A stretch of DNA of 64,000 bases from Podarcis liolepis (Eukaryota): the NCBI GenBank assembly GCA_965112155.1, contig OZ218099.1; one strand, given 5' to 3'. This document shows positions 23,740-37,546 of this stretch, in pieces. Every line of letters begins with the position of its first letter. The stretch's first letter is position 1. A model generated the notes under the pieces. It made no database searches. It was not told where the DNA came from and saw only the letters and a list, made by a program, of their open reading frames with translations. Both the position numbers and the translations under genes were made by a program.

Positions 23740-26574
23740 ATCTAAAGGAAGATAAATATTAAGTTAGCACATTAACCATTTTCAAATAACCCATAATGGC
23801 CCTACACCTTTCTCAAGGCTTCCTGCAGGTCCCACGCTGTTGGCCTTTGTTGTCAGGCTGGTTCCTGCTTGATTAAGAAAGTGATACTGAAGCAGCAGTC
23901 CTGTTGGCCTGTGTTCCCTTTCCTTAACAGCAGGATGGGTAAGGCTACTTCATGCAGAGGCCCTAAGTTGCAGCAGGCTGGGTCCTTGAGAAGAGCTCAT
24001 CATCATTATTTATTATTATTATTTATTAAAATTGTATATCGCCCTATATCCATAGATCTCAGAGTGGTTCACAACACCAGGGTTCTTGGAGCTATGCCAT
24101 CTTATCTACATATAACTGTGTCTACCCAGTCCTTTTTTACGGCAATGCGACCTAAGATAGTTGCAGCTATCATATTCCATTGTTTTCAATAGCACTTAGT
24201 CATAAGTAACTTTAGCTGGATCTTGGGTATATGTTCTCATATGCAGATTGTATCTTAAAAGTTTAAAAAAGATGTTTCAGAGTGAAACTAGGGGGGGATA
24301 ATTAATGTAGGAAAACAGGCGTGCAGTTTTGCATAGATTTAATGGAAATCCATTATGATCTTGCAAATGTCAAGGGTTACTAATACGGTGACATGGTCTC
24401 AAGGACAGACTGGATGAGGGCTTTCAGTGTTTCAATAAAAGGCCCTATTCACTATGGACATGTGTTTAATTAATAAAATTCATTTTCACCTAGCTTTTCA
24501 ATCTGCTTCTGGCTCCAGCGTGCACTAGTTCAAATAGTTCCTTCTGTTTTATTATTTTTATTAAGTACATGGAGTTTATTAATACAGTTATTAGATATGT
24601 TTCTACAGCCTTTCACTGGGATTTTCATTTGCTCAAAACAGAGATGGCTCTTGTGTGTCCCACACAGCAAATTCACTTCAGAGAAGGAATCTGACGCAAC
24701 AAACCCTTCTTTGCAACACACACCGATCCAAAACAAACCTTCGAGACACACTCCCCCCTCCAGGGTTTCTGGCCAACCAGCCAGGAATCTCACAAATAAA
24801 TAGAGTTGTGGCTCCATGGGTGAGCTGAGAATAAATCTGTTTCACCCGAAATGAGATGGAAAGTAGAGGTCAAGCTTGCTTAGTGAATTGGTGGCCGAAT
24901 GCCAAAACTAGTCACCCCAAGGGCAGCATAAAATGATTCATTTGTTAGCCTGACCCAACAAATCTTGTAAAATAAGGTGGTACACCTCTCTCTTTGGAAT
25001 CTCGGTAGAAAAAGTTGATGGCAGCACTTTTTCTGAATGCATGTATATGCCCATTAAAAGATTAGCATTATAGCATTATAATTATTTTATATTACTTTTA
25101 GCATATAAACCCATTTTCAATGTGGACTCGTTTATCACTGGAATAATACTATCACATCATTATCTGAGCCGGCTATGCTCCATGCACTGAGGTAGCCTAA
25201 ACATTCAAGCAGAAAATTTAGCTTCAAAGGAACCCCAAATTTTCACAAGACAAAAATAAAAATAAAAATCTAGCTCTCAATGGAAATGTGAGGGAGAAAT
25301 ACACTGTTCTGATGTGCTAAACTTCTCCTTAACCCTTTTATAATGTGCCTTCCAGTAGCAACAAAACTTCCTATTTATTACTTATAAATTCTTTTCTACT
25401 CTCTACTCTGCATTTTGGGCAAATTTATTCCATACCCTCAGATATTGCATTCAGAGTTACATATGTCCATTTAGTAAATGCATTTAAAGTTGTTTGGATT
25501 ATAGTACTCATTTGTTGCATTTGAGAAGATGGATTCATTTAATCATTTAGTTTGTATCCGCTGCATCCTGGTCATTTTTAACCTAAGAAGAGGGCAATCC
25601 TAACTATGTCAACTCAGAAGTCCTGTTGAATGCAGTGGGCCTTACTCCCAGGAAAGTTGGGTTGGGATTGCAGCCTAAAGCAGGGGTAGTATACCTCAGA
25701 GACTTGTCTGGCTTCTATGTAGCTCCCTCCTCAACCCCACCTTTTCCAAATTTGTGCCTTACCTAGTCTAGGTCTGGTTGTCTCCATATGATCCTGGATG
25801 GGATAAGAGTCAACCAGAAACCCCAGGCACTTTTGCAGGCGATCATATAAGATGCAGCGAGTATGTGAATCAAGTGTGAAGCACGCAGAGATTTGTGTGG
25901 AACAACTTGCAGCCTGGTTCTGTGTGAGTTTGCTTGAAAATAAACCCCACTGTGTTCAACAGGGCTGATTTCTAAGTACAAGGTTGGGCTCCAAATTGCT
26001 TGCCACTCAAAAGAGGCCTTGGAGTTGCTGTCAACAGCTCCATGAAAGCATCAGCTCAATGCACTGCAGTTGTTGTTTTTTAAAAAAAGAAGGCAAATGG
26101 TAAGTTAATAAATGGTGTATCCAGAGCTCACATACTTCTTATTTGTAGATTTGGTAATCCCATCTCAGAAAGGGCGAAGTAATACTGGAAAAATACAGTG
26201 TAAGCAAGAAAAATAATCTGAGGTACAGAGCACCTTCTGTCAAGGGGGGAAAGAAACAGCAGGGAATGTGATCAATGTAAACAAAATTATGGATAGATGG
26301 GGGAGGGGGAAGCAAATTAGAAAGAGTTGTTTATCCTTTCAGCTCCTACGGTCAGAGGGACCTCCAAAATGTTACCACACTGCAGACTTAGAATACATAA
26401 TCATATCCTATACCGTTGCATTTTGAAACTTGTCTCCAGCAAAAGAAAAAGTGGTAACATTGAACTGGATCCCAAAATTTGATGAGTTCATAGAACACCG
26501 GAATATAAGCAGTGGCTGGGTAGAACACTCAAAACATGGTGTGGCATGCTTAGAATGTCCCTCAAACTGCTCGA

Positions 26575-26960
26575 TCCGGGGTGGGGAACCTGTGGCCCAC
26601 AGCCCTCCAGATGCCATTGGGCTCCAACTGCCACCATCCATGACAGTTGGCCGTGCTGGCTGAGGACTGATGGGACCAGTGGCATAGTGTGGGGGCTGGG
26701 GGGCCCGTGGCCCCAGGCACATGTTTTTGAGGGGGCACAGTCAAGCACCCCATACGACAGGTTCCCTCATTGTGGGAAACCGCAATAGACTGGGGTAGCA
26801 GCGGCAGTGGCTACTTCTCCTTAGGGCCGCCCTGGGCTGGCCATGAGGGAGGGGGAGGGCACCACCCCCAGTAGGCCGCAGTTCCACTCCCACATCATGC
26901 CTGTCCTGGGGGTGGAAGCGGCAGCGAGGAGGGCAAACAGCGGCTGAACAGGAAAGAGAA
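26575..26960. mobile_element. Left half of a hAT MITE followed by a second GC-rich hAT-like element starting CAGTGGCATAG at 26677
   Basis: ggggtggggaacctgtggccc..ccagatgcc..ccatcc breaks off at a CAGTGGC-type terminus like that at 33281. Confidence 0.55.
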
Positions 26961-26984
26961 GTTTTTTCTTCCTTTCATATACAA

Positions 26985-27605
26985 TAACCTGTGGGCTTCC
27001 AATGAAAACTGAATGATGGAAGTCTCAAGACAGACAAAAGAAAACACTTCTTCATGTTAGTTTCTGTTTGCCACTGAGCAGCTGCTTAGGCTCTGTTTAC
27101 ATTCCAGAGACAGTCCAGGCTATTGGAAGTCTCACGGGAGACTAGAGACGGATGTGACGTTACTGGTTTCCTGTTTCCTTTGTTCCTTTGTTTCACTTGC
27201 TCTCTGCTTTCATAGAGAGAGGATGTATATTTCTTTGCTGTCTGCCTAGCTTAGAAATAAAACTCTTTGCAATGTAGCCATAAATCTCATCACTTCCGCA
27301 TGCTGCTGGAAACTCTGCTGAATGGGGGAATGTGCCTTGGAGCCTCAGCAAAGGCTCAGGTCGTTAATTATTCATCGGGAGGGCGATTCCGGAGGAAGAT
27401 GAGCTTTATCAGCTTGGCCGAGCGGAGATCCCGACACTTCACACCACAAATAAACTATGGGAATTTGGTACCCCAAGATGCAGCAATGATGGCTACCAAC
27501 CTGAATGTCTTTAAAATGAGTAGAATAAGGCTATCCATGTCTACTAGCATGGTGGCTGTGTACTGCTTGTTGTATCAGAGGCAATGAGCCTCTGAAGACC
27601 AGTTG
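26985..27605 (+). mobile_element. CR1/L3 LINE 3' fragment interrupted by a solo LTR
   Basis: aagacagacaaaagaaaacacttcttca | caccacaaataaactatgggaatt...atggctaccaacctgaatgtctttaaaa resembles CR1 RTDKRKYFFTQR..KLWNSLP..VMATNLD.FK. Confidence 0.75.
27055..27436 (+). mobile_element. Solo LTR (probably Gypsy/Ty3), 382 bp
   Basis: TGT...ACA ends, perfect 5-bp TSD cttca (27050-27054 / 27437-27441), AATAAA near 27257; splits a CR1 fragment cleanly. Confidence 0.82.
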
Positions 27606-29904
27606 GGCATTTACAGACCCTGCTGCCATGATCCCAATCATCCTTCCAGACACTGAATTTACCAGGTTTCCAAATGCCTCCACAGGGCCTGTGTTTCAGT
27701 TTTGATATTCTACCTACCAGATCTTATATTTTAATGCCGGTTACAAGCTCACCTTTGTGCTACCCAAGTGGTGACAAGGACGGGGGTTGGTATCCTCATG
27801 CTAACCATATCTGCACGTGTTTATTCATTTGCAGTCTGTCAGGCTTTCAGCTGGTTATTTATGAACCTTTTAGATTTGCATATTTTCCTTTTCAGTGCAG
27901 CTAACGGGTTGGCTGCCCACCCCCTCTTGCATGCAAGGTCCTGTTATGAAGGTGTATGCAGAGTAGGATTCCAGCCCCCACAGGAACAGAGGGGCTATTA
28001 ACTGCTGCTCACAAACAGCAAATGGGCTGTCATAAAGCAAGCACAGGAAGGAAATTGCTTACAGAATCTCGTGCCAAAATGTTTCAGATCGAGTCTTTGA
28101 AAAAACATGCACATCCACAAACACTAGGATGCCATCTTTGCCTGTAATTACTCTTTTACCATTGTCCTTGGGAGAGAACATCTGTTGCCTCTTTGCCAAC
28201 TGTCTTCTCATAGCTCTTTATTCCCTCCCAAGTATCTTAGTTTGTGTTGCAGCAGCTGCTTTTGCTGCTAATAGCTGGACCAGTCATCCTAGGCTGAAGT
28301 CCTTTGCTCCCCAGGCTTGCTCCATTATCCACTGCAGTTCTTTATGCTTCAGAGTTATCTGTTTCATCAATACCAAGGATAGGAAGGAAGGCAGGAAGGG
28401 ACAGGATCTCTTCATAGGCTTCATTTCACTAGGAGACAACCTGATTTATCTTGCAAATTAAGCCCTAATCACAGACAAGGAATGATGTGGTGCCTGGAAA
28501 TGTTATGGAGAACAGTTTTTCAACAACATGAAGTCTCTATGTCAGAGTCATCCTTGCCTCATCCAGAGTCATCCTTGCCTCAGGACTCATCTCTAGACCA
28601 AACATATGCTATGGGTCCCACTTCTACTAGAATTGCCCATTTTAAGCAAACTATGGCCCAGTCATAGAACCTAACCTACCATCTTAAGGTTGCACTGTGA
28701 AATCCACATACTGAACTCACAGAGGTTTATGTATGTATATTTTTTAAAATGGCAGCGGAGATGCAATCTGTGTTCAAAGCAGTGATCTTCCTAATGGCAC
28801 CCATACAGGATGTAGTCCCACAAGATAATAGACATGTGCTTCTTTCAGAACATATCTATCTACACAGGAGCATCTCACACTCCTGACTGGGTGCTTTATC
28901 ACCAGAATGGAAGTATGAAGTAGCAAAAGGCATAAGGCACAACATCCAAAGGTGCAAGTATTATAACTCCCATGTAGAACAATGCTGGAATGAGGATGCA
29001 ACAAGCAATCCCTCCCCTACTGTCACATGTGCTGGATAGCCCTAGCCCCAGGCAACCTATATGTACAGTGTAAAGTCTGCAGGGAAGGGGCATTCATATA
29101 TGCAGCTGTCTGCATGAAGCTTCTACATGACCTGGAACCCAGCAAGATCATACTGCTATACGCACAAAGGTGCCCCCTCTCTCTGTAGAAATTTGCATTG
29201 CCCTTCCAAAGGTCAGGGAGTCATGCCCCTCAAGACACTCCCATTCACATCCTTGCTCCCAGGTTGCCCTACATGGAAAGTGCAATGCCTAAATGGTGCC
29301 AGAGAAGAACCTTGCACAGAGCAAAGCATATTTTTTTCTATGGGGAGAAAGGAAAAGCTGTGTACCATATATATATATATCTCACTCATTTGTCCAGATT
29401 GGAGGCATGTAGCAAGTATATATATTGCCTGAGAAGTCTAGGTATCAAAACAAGGGTAACCATATTTTCATTGTCTGGATACATGTATATGAGTTGCTGG
29501 TGGAAACTTATAATTGCCAATTCTAAATCAAAAGGAAAATCTAGTTGTTTCAGGTGTGGTGGACTGAGCATCAAATGGTATTTGGTGGCAGATGGTATCA
29601 GACACTGAAGTGCTTAAAGGACCAAGTATTGCAGGCACAGAGGAGCCATACTAGTAAAGGCACACTGAGGTTGATTGAACATCTTGTCTGAATCTTAAAT
29701 ATTATTGCCCATGAAAACATTCTCAGTACACTTGTAGCAACAATATCAGAAGGCAGAATGATTGCTAAAATTCTCAACAAAACCAAAAAAAATGAGACAA
29801 ATCATCTGATAATTGGCAGCGGCAGCAGAATGCAGATGACAGGGGAAATGGCAATAAACCATTGCACAGCAGAGGGTAAAGCCAATTCTGACTGCCTCTC
29901 TATT

Positions 29905-30095
29905 CCATGCATCCATAATTGGAGGCCGAAATGCTTCTGAATACCAGTGGCTGGAAGCCACATGAGGAGAAAGTGCTCTTGTGCCTGGGTCCTGTTGGAA
30001 GGTTTCCCATAGGCACCTGGTTAGCCACCATGGTAACAGGATGCTGGACTAGATGGGTCATTGGCCTGATCCAGTAGGCTCTTAAGTTTCTTATG
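29905..30095 (+). mobile_element. CR1 3' UTR fragment
   Basis: cttctgaataccagt..ggcacctggttagccacc..aacaggatgctggactagatggg..ttggcctgatccag..ggctctta..ttcttatg tail. Confidence 0.7.
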
Positions 30096-31484
30096 AGAAA
30101 GAGAGAGAGATCTCAGGGGAGATCCTCGCCTCCACACCATTCAGCGTGACACCCATTCTTGGAAGGAAGGCAGGAAGGAAGGAAGATTGCATTGCTCTGG
30201 AAGGACACCCTGAAAATTGTTGAGCTTTTTTTTTTTTTTTTTTTACAAAAGCGCCCAAAACCCGCATTTTTTATTGGCTTGCCTTAAATCCAGGACTAAG
30301 CACTGCCTTTCAGGAATCCAAACGTATGGCAGCTATAGAATAGGTTGGCTACCAGTATAAGTAACAAATGAAACCTGATAGCACATTTTGCACTGCAGTC
30401 CACTCCCAAAAAAGCAGCAAGGGAAAGTAAGTTATTTGAAAAACCTTATTGGGTCAGTTGCCTTTACTGGGACAACCAAATATCACAGAATGTGCAAGCT
30501 GTTGAGTCCTTTAGAACTTCTAATCAGGCTAGATGTTAAATAAGGCAAGGGTGGAGGAAAGGGGGGAAATGGCTGGTGGTGAAGTCGTAAGTCTGCATCT
30601 GGTAAGTGTCTTAAGACAGAATGTGGGAGAAGGCAGCAGACATTCAAATGAAGCTGTTTTAGGTGCCACACAGGTATCAAGTTGCAGCAAGGCCTACTGG
30701 GAATGGTTGATCCCCCATCTCTGGAATTACATGAACCAGCTGTTACCCAGGTCTGTCTCTGTCCTTAGGCAAAACACTCAGGTTTCTGGATAGGTGGAAA
30801 ACAGGAATAAAGAGAAACTAGGCAGTCTTTTTATATTAACAAAGATTATAAGTTGCTTGAGTAGAGTCTGCTGTCTGCCTTTCAGCGAGTATGTAATGTT
30901 TTTCTTTGGTTGCCAGGAATCCAAAAGGAAGGAGAAGACAAAGACTTTCCAATGGATCCAGATTAACCATCAAATCAGTATCAAACATCTGAAACTATAA
31001 GAAATTCATTGGCAGGGGGAACACATTTCCATGGTGTTTTCATAACTTTGAAGGACTGAACCACAAAGAACCAATGTGGAAACCTAAGTTTTATGTGGAA
31101 GAAATAAACTGATAAGAAACGAAATGAAACTTTATGCATTCAGTGGGCTCATATGCTGAAACATTCCATGGACTGTATCACTTCAGGGTGCAAGCAGAAG
31201 GCTACATGCCTGAATCCCACCCCCATGTTATCAATATTACCATATTAGTAAATCAGGGCCAAGATGTGGTAGCATTGAAAGCACTTCACAAGAATCTAGT
31301 AGCAGGAAATCCATAGCACACCAGCAAAATTCTACCACAACTAGGAATCTATTGCATGTCTTAGATACATTATGTATTATGTGGAGCACCTACAAAATTG
31401 ATCAATGTGTGCGACTGGCAAATGCGGTGGCAGAAGGACATAAAGTAGGTGCTGCATGTAACGCTAGCATTGTGACTATAATTG

Positions 31485-31670
31485 CAGTAGGAACACAAGA
31501 AGCTGCCTTACACCAACTCAGACCATGGCTCCACCAAGCTCAAGATCAGTGACACTGACCAGCAGGAGTCTTTGCAAACCCTACCAAGAAACACCAGTGA
31601 TTGAACCTGAGATTTTATTTTCGGTTGTACCCAAAACATTCACTCTACTACTGAGCTGTGACCCTTTCCC
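31485..31670 (-). mobile_element. Degraded tRNA-derived SINE (gaagctgcctta..cagacca tail family)
   Basis: Tail aggaacacaagaagctgccttacacc..cagacca and head attgaacctg...actgagct. Relatives at 36805-36905, 48505-48672 and 49700-49872. Confidence 0.55.
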
Positions 31671-33280
31671 AATGGATGCCACGGATGTCTTTCAGGAATA
31701 CTCAGGGTTGCTACTCAGGAGGAGCCACCACACTGTACCAATATCCTTTTCACCAGTTCCTCTGATGCACTGGTCTTCAACTGGGGGGACAGCAGCCTCC
31801 AGTGGATCACAACAGGACTACTTCCACCTTGCAAATACACTGTGAAATATAACGAAATTGGCTCCCCAATTCATGTTTAGGGTAAAAGAGTGTCCTGGAT
31901 CTGAAGAAGTTGAAGATACCTGCTGTAATGGTCAGGGAGAGGTTGAATGCACACACACACATCAGCAGAGAAGCTGCCATGGCCACAGTGACAGCAATAA
32001 GCCCCTGCCTCTTCTCTATTCTGATAAATACTCTGCCTACTTGGCTTGAGAAGCAGCAACAGCAGCCTCCCAGAACATCAAGAAAGCTGACCCATTTCCA
32101 CCATTCATGGTCTGGCTTCATTCTGGGGACTGTTATTTGCAGGCAGCAAAGCAATGGATATACCCTCAAGCCATAAATGGTGGGCTCTCAATGTGAGTCC
32201 ATATTCTGCAGATAAGAGTGCTGAGAAAGAAGTAGCATGCCTATGCAAATATCACTGCACAGCAGGAAAGATGGCTGTGGCAGAGATCATAATAGTCAAG
32301 CCTTACTGCCTCTCTTGCTTTGTAACCATCTTTGGCTTCGGAGCAGCGTGCATCTGAATTCAGCGCTGTACCTTTCCATCTGGGATTGAATGAGCTTTGT
32401 TTGCATTAGGCTGATGTTTGTTTTCTCCCACAGAGCTCTCTGGTGGAGTTTTTGCTGCTTCTCTCGCAAGCGGCAGGCTTCTGCTTTTCTGTCCTCAATC
32501 AAGCATTTCATTCATACACTGAATATCCTATAAAGGGTCACAGGGAGCCTTGTAGCACACATAGATGGCACAGAAGGCCTGGGGTGACCATTCAAAAGAG
32601 ATACAGCACATAAGTGAATAATAACGGAACTGCCTGACTAGTGGCGACAGAGGCACACAGCAGTACTTGCAGTTCGAAAAGGGAAAGGTGGAAAAAACCA
32701 GACAACCTTATGCCCATCTGCAGACATCATGGCACCTTGACTCCTTTATGGACCAGTTTCAAGACTGACCTCAGCATCAAATCACCCCACAGACCTCTTC
32801 CAGGTGACAGCCAAGACCCAGAGTATAATTCTCATTTGTGCCAAAGCTACCTTAAACGATTCAAAAGTGCTAAGGGGAAACCAGTGTAATCCACAGCTTC
32901 CCAAAGGGAGAGATGCAGGAGTTCTGAAAGCATTTAGGAATTCAGTCATTCGACACGCAATTCATTTCACTTCTTTGACTGCATATGAAAGCAGCAATAC
33001 AAAAAGCAGTTTTCAAAAAGAAAAGTCAGCAATGTATTAAGGCTCAAAACTTATATTAATATAAAATTGATAAATTAAAGAAGTCAGATGGAATTCCCCC
33101 TGCCCCCACCCCCCAAAAAGTAGTTCGTTTTTTTCTCAGTAGCAGTCACAGCCGAAAATCAATGACCTGTTTTCTATAAAGTTATGTTGAGGTTCTAGAC
33201 TATTTTAGAGGTCAGTTGATAAGCTGGTCAGTCCATCAGTAAATACAATCAAGAGGAAAATGCAAGTTATTTCCAACAAC

Positions 33281-33449
33281 CAGTGGCGTAGCGTGGGTTG
33301 TCAGCACCCGGGGCAAGGCAAGTAATTTGCGCCCCCTAACCCGTGGATGTGCGCCCCCTAACCCGTGGATTTGCGCCCCCTAACCCTAACCCCCAGATGT
33401 TGTGCCTGGTGCGGCCGGCCCCGCCTGCACCCCCCACGCTACGCCACTG
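33281..33449. mobile_element. Young hAT (Tip100-like) MITE with internal 22-bp repeats
   Basis: Perfect 17-bp TIR CAGTGGCGTAGCGTGGG; perfect 8-bp TSD ccaacaac; CpGs retained. Confidence 0.88.
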
Positions 33450-34685
33450 CCAACAACTAAACAAAATAACTAAAATAATAATACTCAAATTATTGTCATG
33501 TGACAAAGTGTTTTATAGGGCAATCCTGTGAGGTAGGTTAGGTAAGTGAGAGAGTGGCTTACTCAGAACTACCCATTGCACAACAACAACTGAATGAGAA
33601 TTATAGCTGCATCCACACAAAACACATCCCACCCACATTCCACTGCTGTAATACTGGTGTGTGACCACAGTTCCAGCATCAGTATATGGCATCCATGGAT
33701 AGTGGCAGAGATCTCAGCACCCACAATTGATACCTGCCCCACCCCTTCCTTAATGTTTTCCCTTATAGGCAGCATTTGAACAAAGCACTAAGCACTATTT
33801 CCACTACAGCACCACTCTGGGAAATCAAAATGGCACCTCCCAGTGCCTGTTCAGAGTGCTACCCACTAATGTCATTGCATTTGGGGCATGTTGACAAAAA
33901 ACAATCCATCACACTGAAACTGGCTCTATATGACAACTTGACCTGTATCAATCATGTGGCTTACGGCCCACTGAAGAGACTGGTGCAGCTTAGGAAATTG
34001 CTTCTTTCATTGGCCTTGAAATCCTGTTCTCAAGCATCAGAACGCTTTTCTGGAAGGGACTGTGTTCCACAAGTGTTCTCAGCCCTAGCACCACCTCTGC
34101 TTTTTATTTTCTCTAGCCCCCTCTGACTTTTTGGTGCTGGAAAGGCCGTTGCCTGCCATTTCTGGTTGTCTTGCCCATCTTGTATAAAAATGTATTCACT
34201 ATTTTAATCTTAAAGCATTTTAATCCTGTAAGCATGATCAAAGCTGTGCCTGAAGGCATTTCTCCCCACCCCCACAAATCCTGACATTTAAATCTCATGT
34301 GACCCACATGATCAGTATAAATACTTCAGCCTTATATGTCTTGCTTCTCTCTCCTACCTTGATGTGGTCCAAGGTCTCACACAATCCCCAAAGCAGCTCC
34401 TGAGCCTTGTCTGTGCAGTTGGATGGCTCAGTGATTCCCAAGGCAGTGTCAGTATGATGTGGTGGACATGACCTCCTCTTGCTCAGACCATATTACTGCT
34501 CACTGACTTTTCATTCATTGTCTCCACTAAAATGAATAATCTTCTCTCTTACACTCTGAGCTCATAAGGCTCTCTGTCTGTGAGGGCCCAATGATATGTA
34601 GCATCAATTATTATTATTTATAAAAAATTTATAACACTCTTCATCCAAAGATCATAGCATGGTTTACAGTTTAAAAAGACAAAAT

Positions 34686-34855
34686 ACATAACATAACATA
34701 ACATAACATAACATAACATAACATAACATAACATAACATAACATAACATAACATAACATAACAACAACAAACAATATCCTCCCATTTAATGGCCATTAAA
34801 CATGGGTAATGTTGTATGTATGTATGTATGTATGTATGTATGTATGTATGTATGT
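34686..34855. repeat. (ACATA)n pentamer array and nearby (TATG)n array, within/next to an L2-like 3' end
   Basis: Direct reading: ACATA array 34686-34760, TATG array ~34814-34855. Confidence 0.92.
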
Positions 34856-36467
34856 CAGTATATTTCATTCTCCAGTTGCTGGATGTGTGATTATTACATC
34901 ACATGTCTGTGTTTACTTTCCAGGCTTGGAAAGTATGAGAACAGAAGTCAGTCCTATCTCTTCCGCTGTATTGTACTTTTGTACTTGCTCTCTCTCTCTT
35001 GGAGAAGATGTGAGAGGACGCCATGATTGCTTTGTCCTGTATATATTGCTTAATAAATTACTTAGAATGCCACACCTCATCTCCACATCGTTTCTGCTAT
35101 ATTCTGCTTTTTGAGTGTGCACATATCTGAGCAAATGTGTCACTGATGCGCACTGGGACTGAAGATTTATGAACGTCCTGAGCTGCGTTTCACAAGGAAG
35201 ACGCCCGGAGAGGTTTGTCTCAGTCCAGGGACTGTGGGTGCCCACTAGGCATGTTCCAACAGTATATACACATACACACTAATGCCAAACTAATGCTACT
35301 ACTGCTAATAATCCCCTATATTATTCTTTGTGATGAATGGGAGGTGCAACAGCTATATCCTTTCATGTCACTTTTGACCATTTCAAGGGTGCAGGCAATG
35401 GGAGAATGGAACTTACAATGGGAGAATGGAACTTAGTGTGGACAGATGCAGGCAGTTGATGGTCAGTCAGCCCCAGGCCAGTTTGGGCAGCAGTCCAGAA
35501 TCATGGGTTAGGTTTCAGGTAATGAGGGATTCAAGTTTGGCAGGATCCTGAATGGGTGCCCATTCTCGAAGGCTCTGGTATACCAAATAATCCCCCTTTC
35601 TCAAACTGTGGTGTGAATTCATCAACATGTTGTCCCCAGCTTCAGCAAACATGCCTTGGATCTCCTGATCTCCCAAGCATAAATGGTTGCTTCAGTATGA
35701 ACTGCAGATTCTGTGACTAATGCAAGTCTTGGTGCTATGTTTTGTATCAACAACTCCAAGAAGGAGGTTTTGCAGCTGGGCTGATAGAGAGATGCTTTAT
35801 GTATCTGGGTTGGCCTCCTTGTTTTTCAGGTGGGTTACAGTAGACTCTGTGTATTAGAAATGGCAGCAGTGCTTTCTCCTATAAAACCGTATGAAAGCCC
35901 TCCACTGTTCCTGCAGATTTAATTTTCCCACTCAGAGGCCACGGAGAAACAAGCACATGGAAACTTTTAATTAAACAGTGGGATGGGTTCCATTCTGATA
36001 GAGTGGAGTAGTGTGTTGGGTTGTTTGAGAAGCTGAGGATATACATGGCGGAAAGGAGCGGTTACCTGTAAACCTGGAATTTCTGATTTAACGATGAGCC
36101 ACACTCTTGCCGCCAAGCAAAAAGACAAGACAAATGGTGTAAACCACTGGGAAACTACCTTTTGCAAACATGCAGTTCTCATTCATTTCAATAGGGTTAA
36201 CACAAGAAAACGTCCTTTTGGAGCCCCAAAGTCTTAATAGCAATAAAAGCATCAATCTGGAGAAATAACGGTGTAAAAAACCATTAATCAGAGACAAGGT
36301 TAACTGAGGGCTTTGCAATGCAACAAGCTGAAATAGCAACAATGTTATTAATGGCAATGCATAAGTTTTATGTAGTGCTTTTGAGTTCAAAGCGCTTCAT
36401 ATAACACTGTCTTCTAGCAGTCCTTCAAAACAAAAATTCTTGGGGAGGGATCATAGCCCATGCTTTG

Positions 36468-36468
<1 letters not shown>

Positions 36469-36512
<44 letters not shown>

Positions 36513-36805
36513 TTATTTATACCCTGCCCATCTGGCTGGGTTTCCCCAGCCACTCTGGGCGGCTTCCAACAAAACCCTAAAATACAATAACATATTAAAC
36601 ATTAAAAGCTTCCCTAAACAGGGCTGCCTTCAGATGTCTTCTAAAAGTTTTGTAGTTATTTTTCTCTTTGACATCTGGTGGGAGGGCGTTCCACAGGGTG
36701 GGTGCAACTACCAAGAAGGCCCTCTGCCTGGTTCCCTGTAACTTGGCTTCTCACAGCAAGGGAACCTCCAGATGGCCCTCGGCGCTGGACCTCAGTGTCC
36801 GGGCA
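36469..36805 (-). mobile_element. L2 LINE 3' end with (TAA)n tail
   Basis: Same family as 8065-8325, including the adjacent (AAT)n array. Confidence 0.75.
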
Positions 36806-37461
36806 GAAGGTCCCAGGTTCAATCCCTTCCATCTCCACTTAGAAGGATCAGAGGTAGCTGATGATGCAGAAGACTTCTGCCTAAACCCCTGGAGAACTGC
36901 TACTATCCAGAATAGGACCTTTGTCCTAAGTCGAGCGCTTTCCCAGTCTACATCTGTACTGGAATTGTTTTAAAGATGTTTTCATTGTTTTATCATTTGT
37001 TGTTTGCTGCCCTGGGCTCCTTTGGGAGGAAGGAAAGGATATAAATTTAATAAACAACAACAACAAATAATAATATTCACCTGTCCCTGCTGGCTACAGT
37101 AATTCATCATGTTATTTACAACAGGTGAATGGATGTTTTAACTCATCTTGACAGCTGTTACTCCCAAGAGTGGGATCAACAACCTTTGATTGGGTTGTAT
37201 AAGCTATAGGAAGAGAAGAATGAAAGATATTCATCTTTTTGATTTCTAGCCTTAGAAGTAGATTTCTGTTGTATTTTGATGCAACTTGGATTCTGGGGAT
37301 ATTGTAGGTATAGCTGTGGAACAAAATGTCCATACACAATTCTGAAGAGTTGGGAGAATAAATGCTTGACGATTTTTACGTTTGCATATAATACACTGCA
37401 CTTTAGGCCTGGCAGAGCCTAACATTTACACTACTGAGCTTTGATTGAGACGACAGTGTTA

Positions 37462-37546
37462 AGGCTGCAATCCTATGCAAACTTACCTTGGAGTAAGCCT
37501 TGTTGAATATGGTGGGATTTCTGAGTAAACTCGCATAGAGTTGCAC
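37462..37546. mobile_element. ~80-bp hairpin-like repeat (ggctgcaatcct...ttgcacc family)
   Basis: Inverted ends; degraded relatives at ~1139, 12218, 25592, 25905 and 51460. Confidence 0.55.

Noticed and set aside
33328-33395. CRISPR-like array or interstitial telomere
   Set aside because: Tandem units without unique spacers, inside a MITE in a vertebrate genome; only about two consecutive CCCTAA units.
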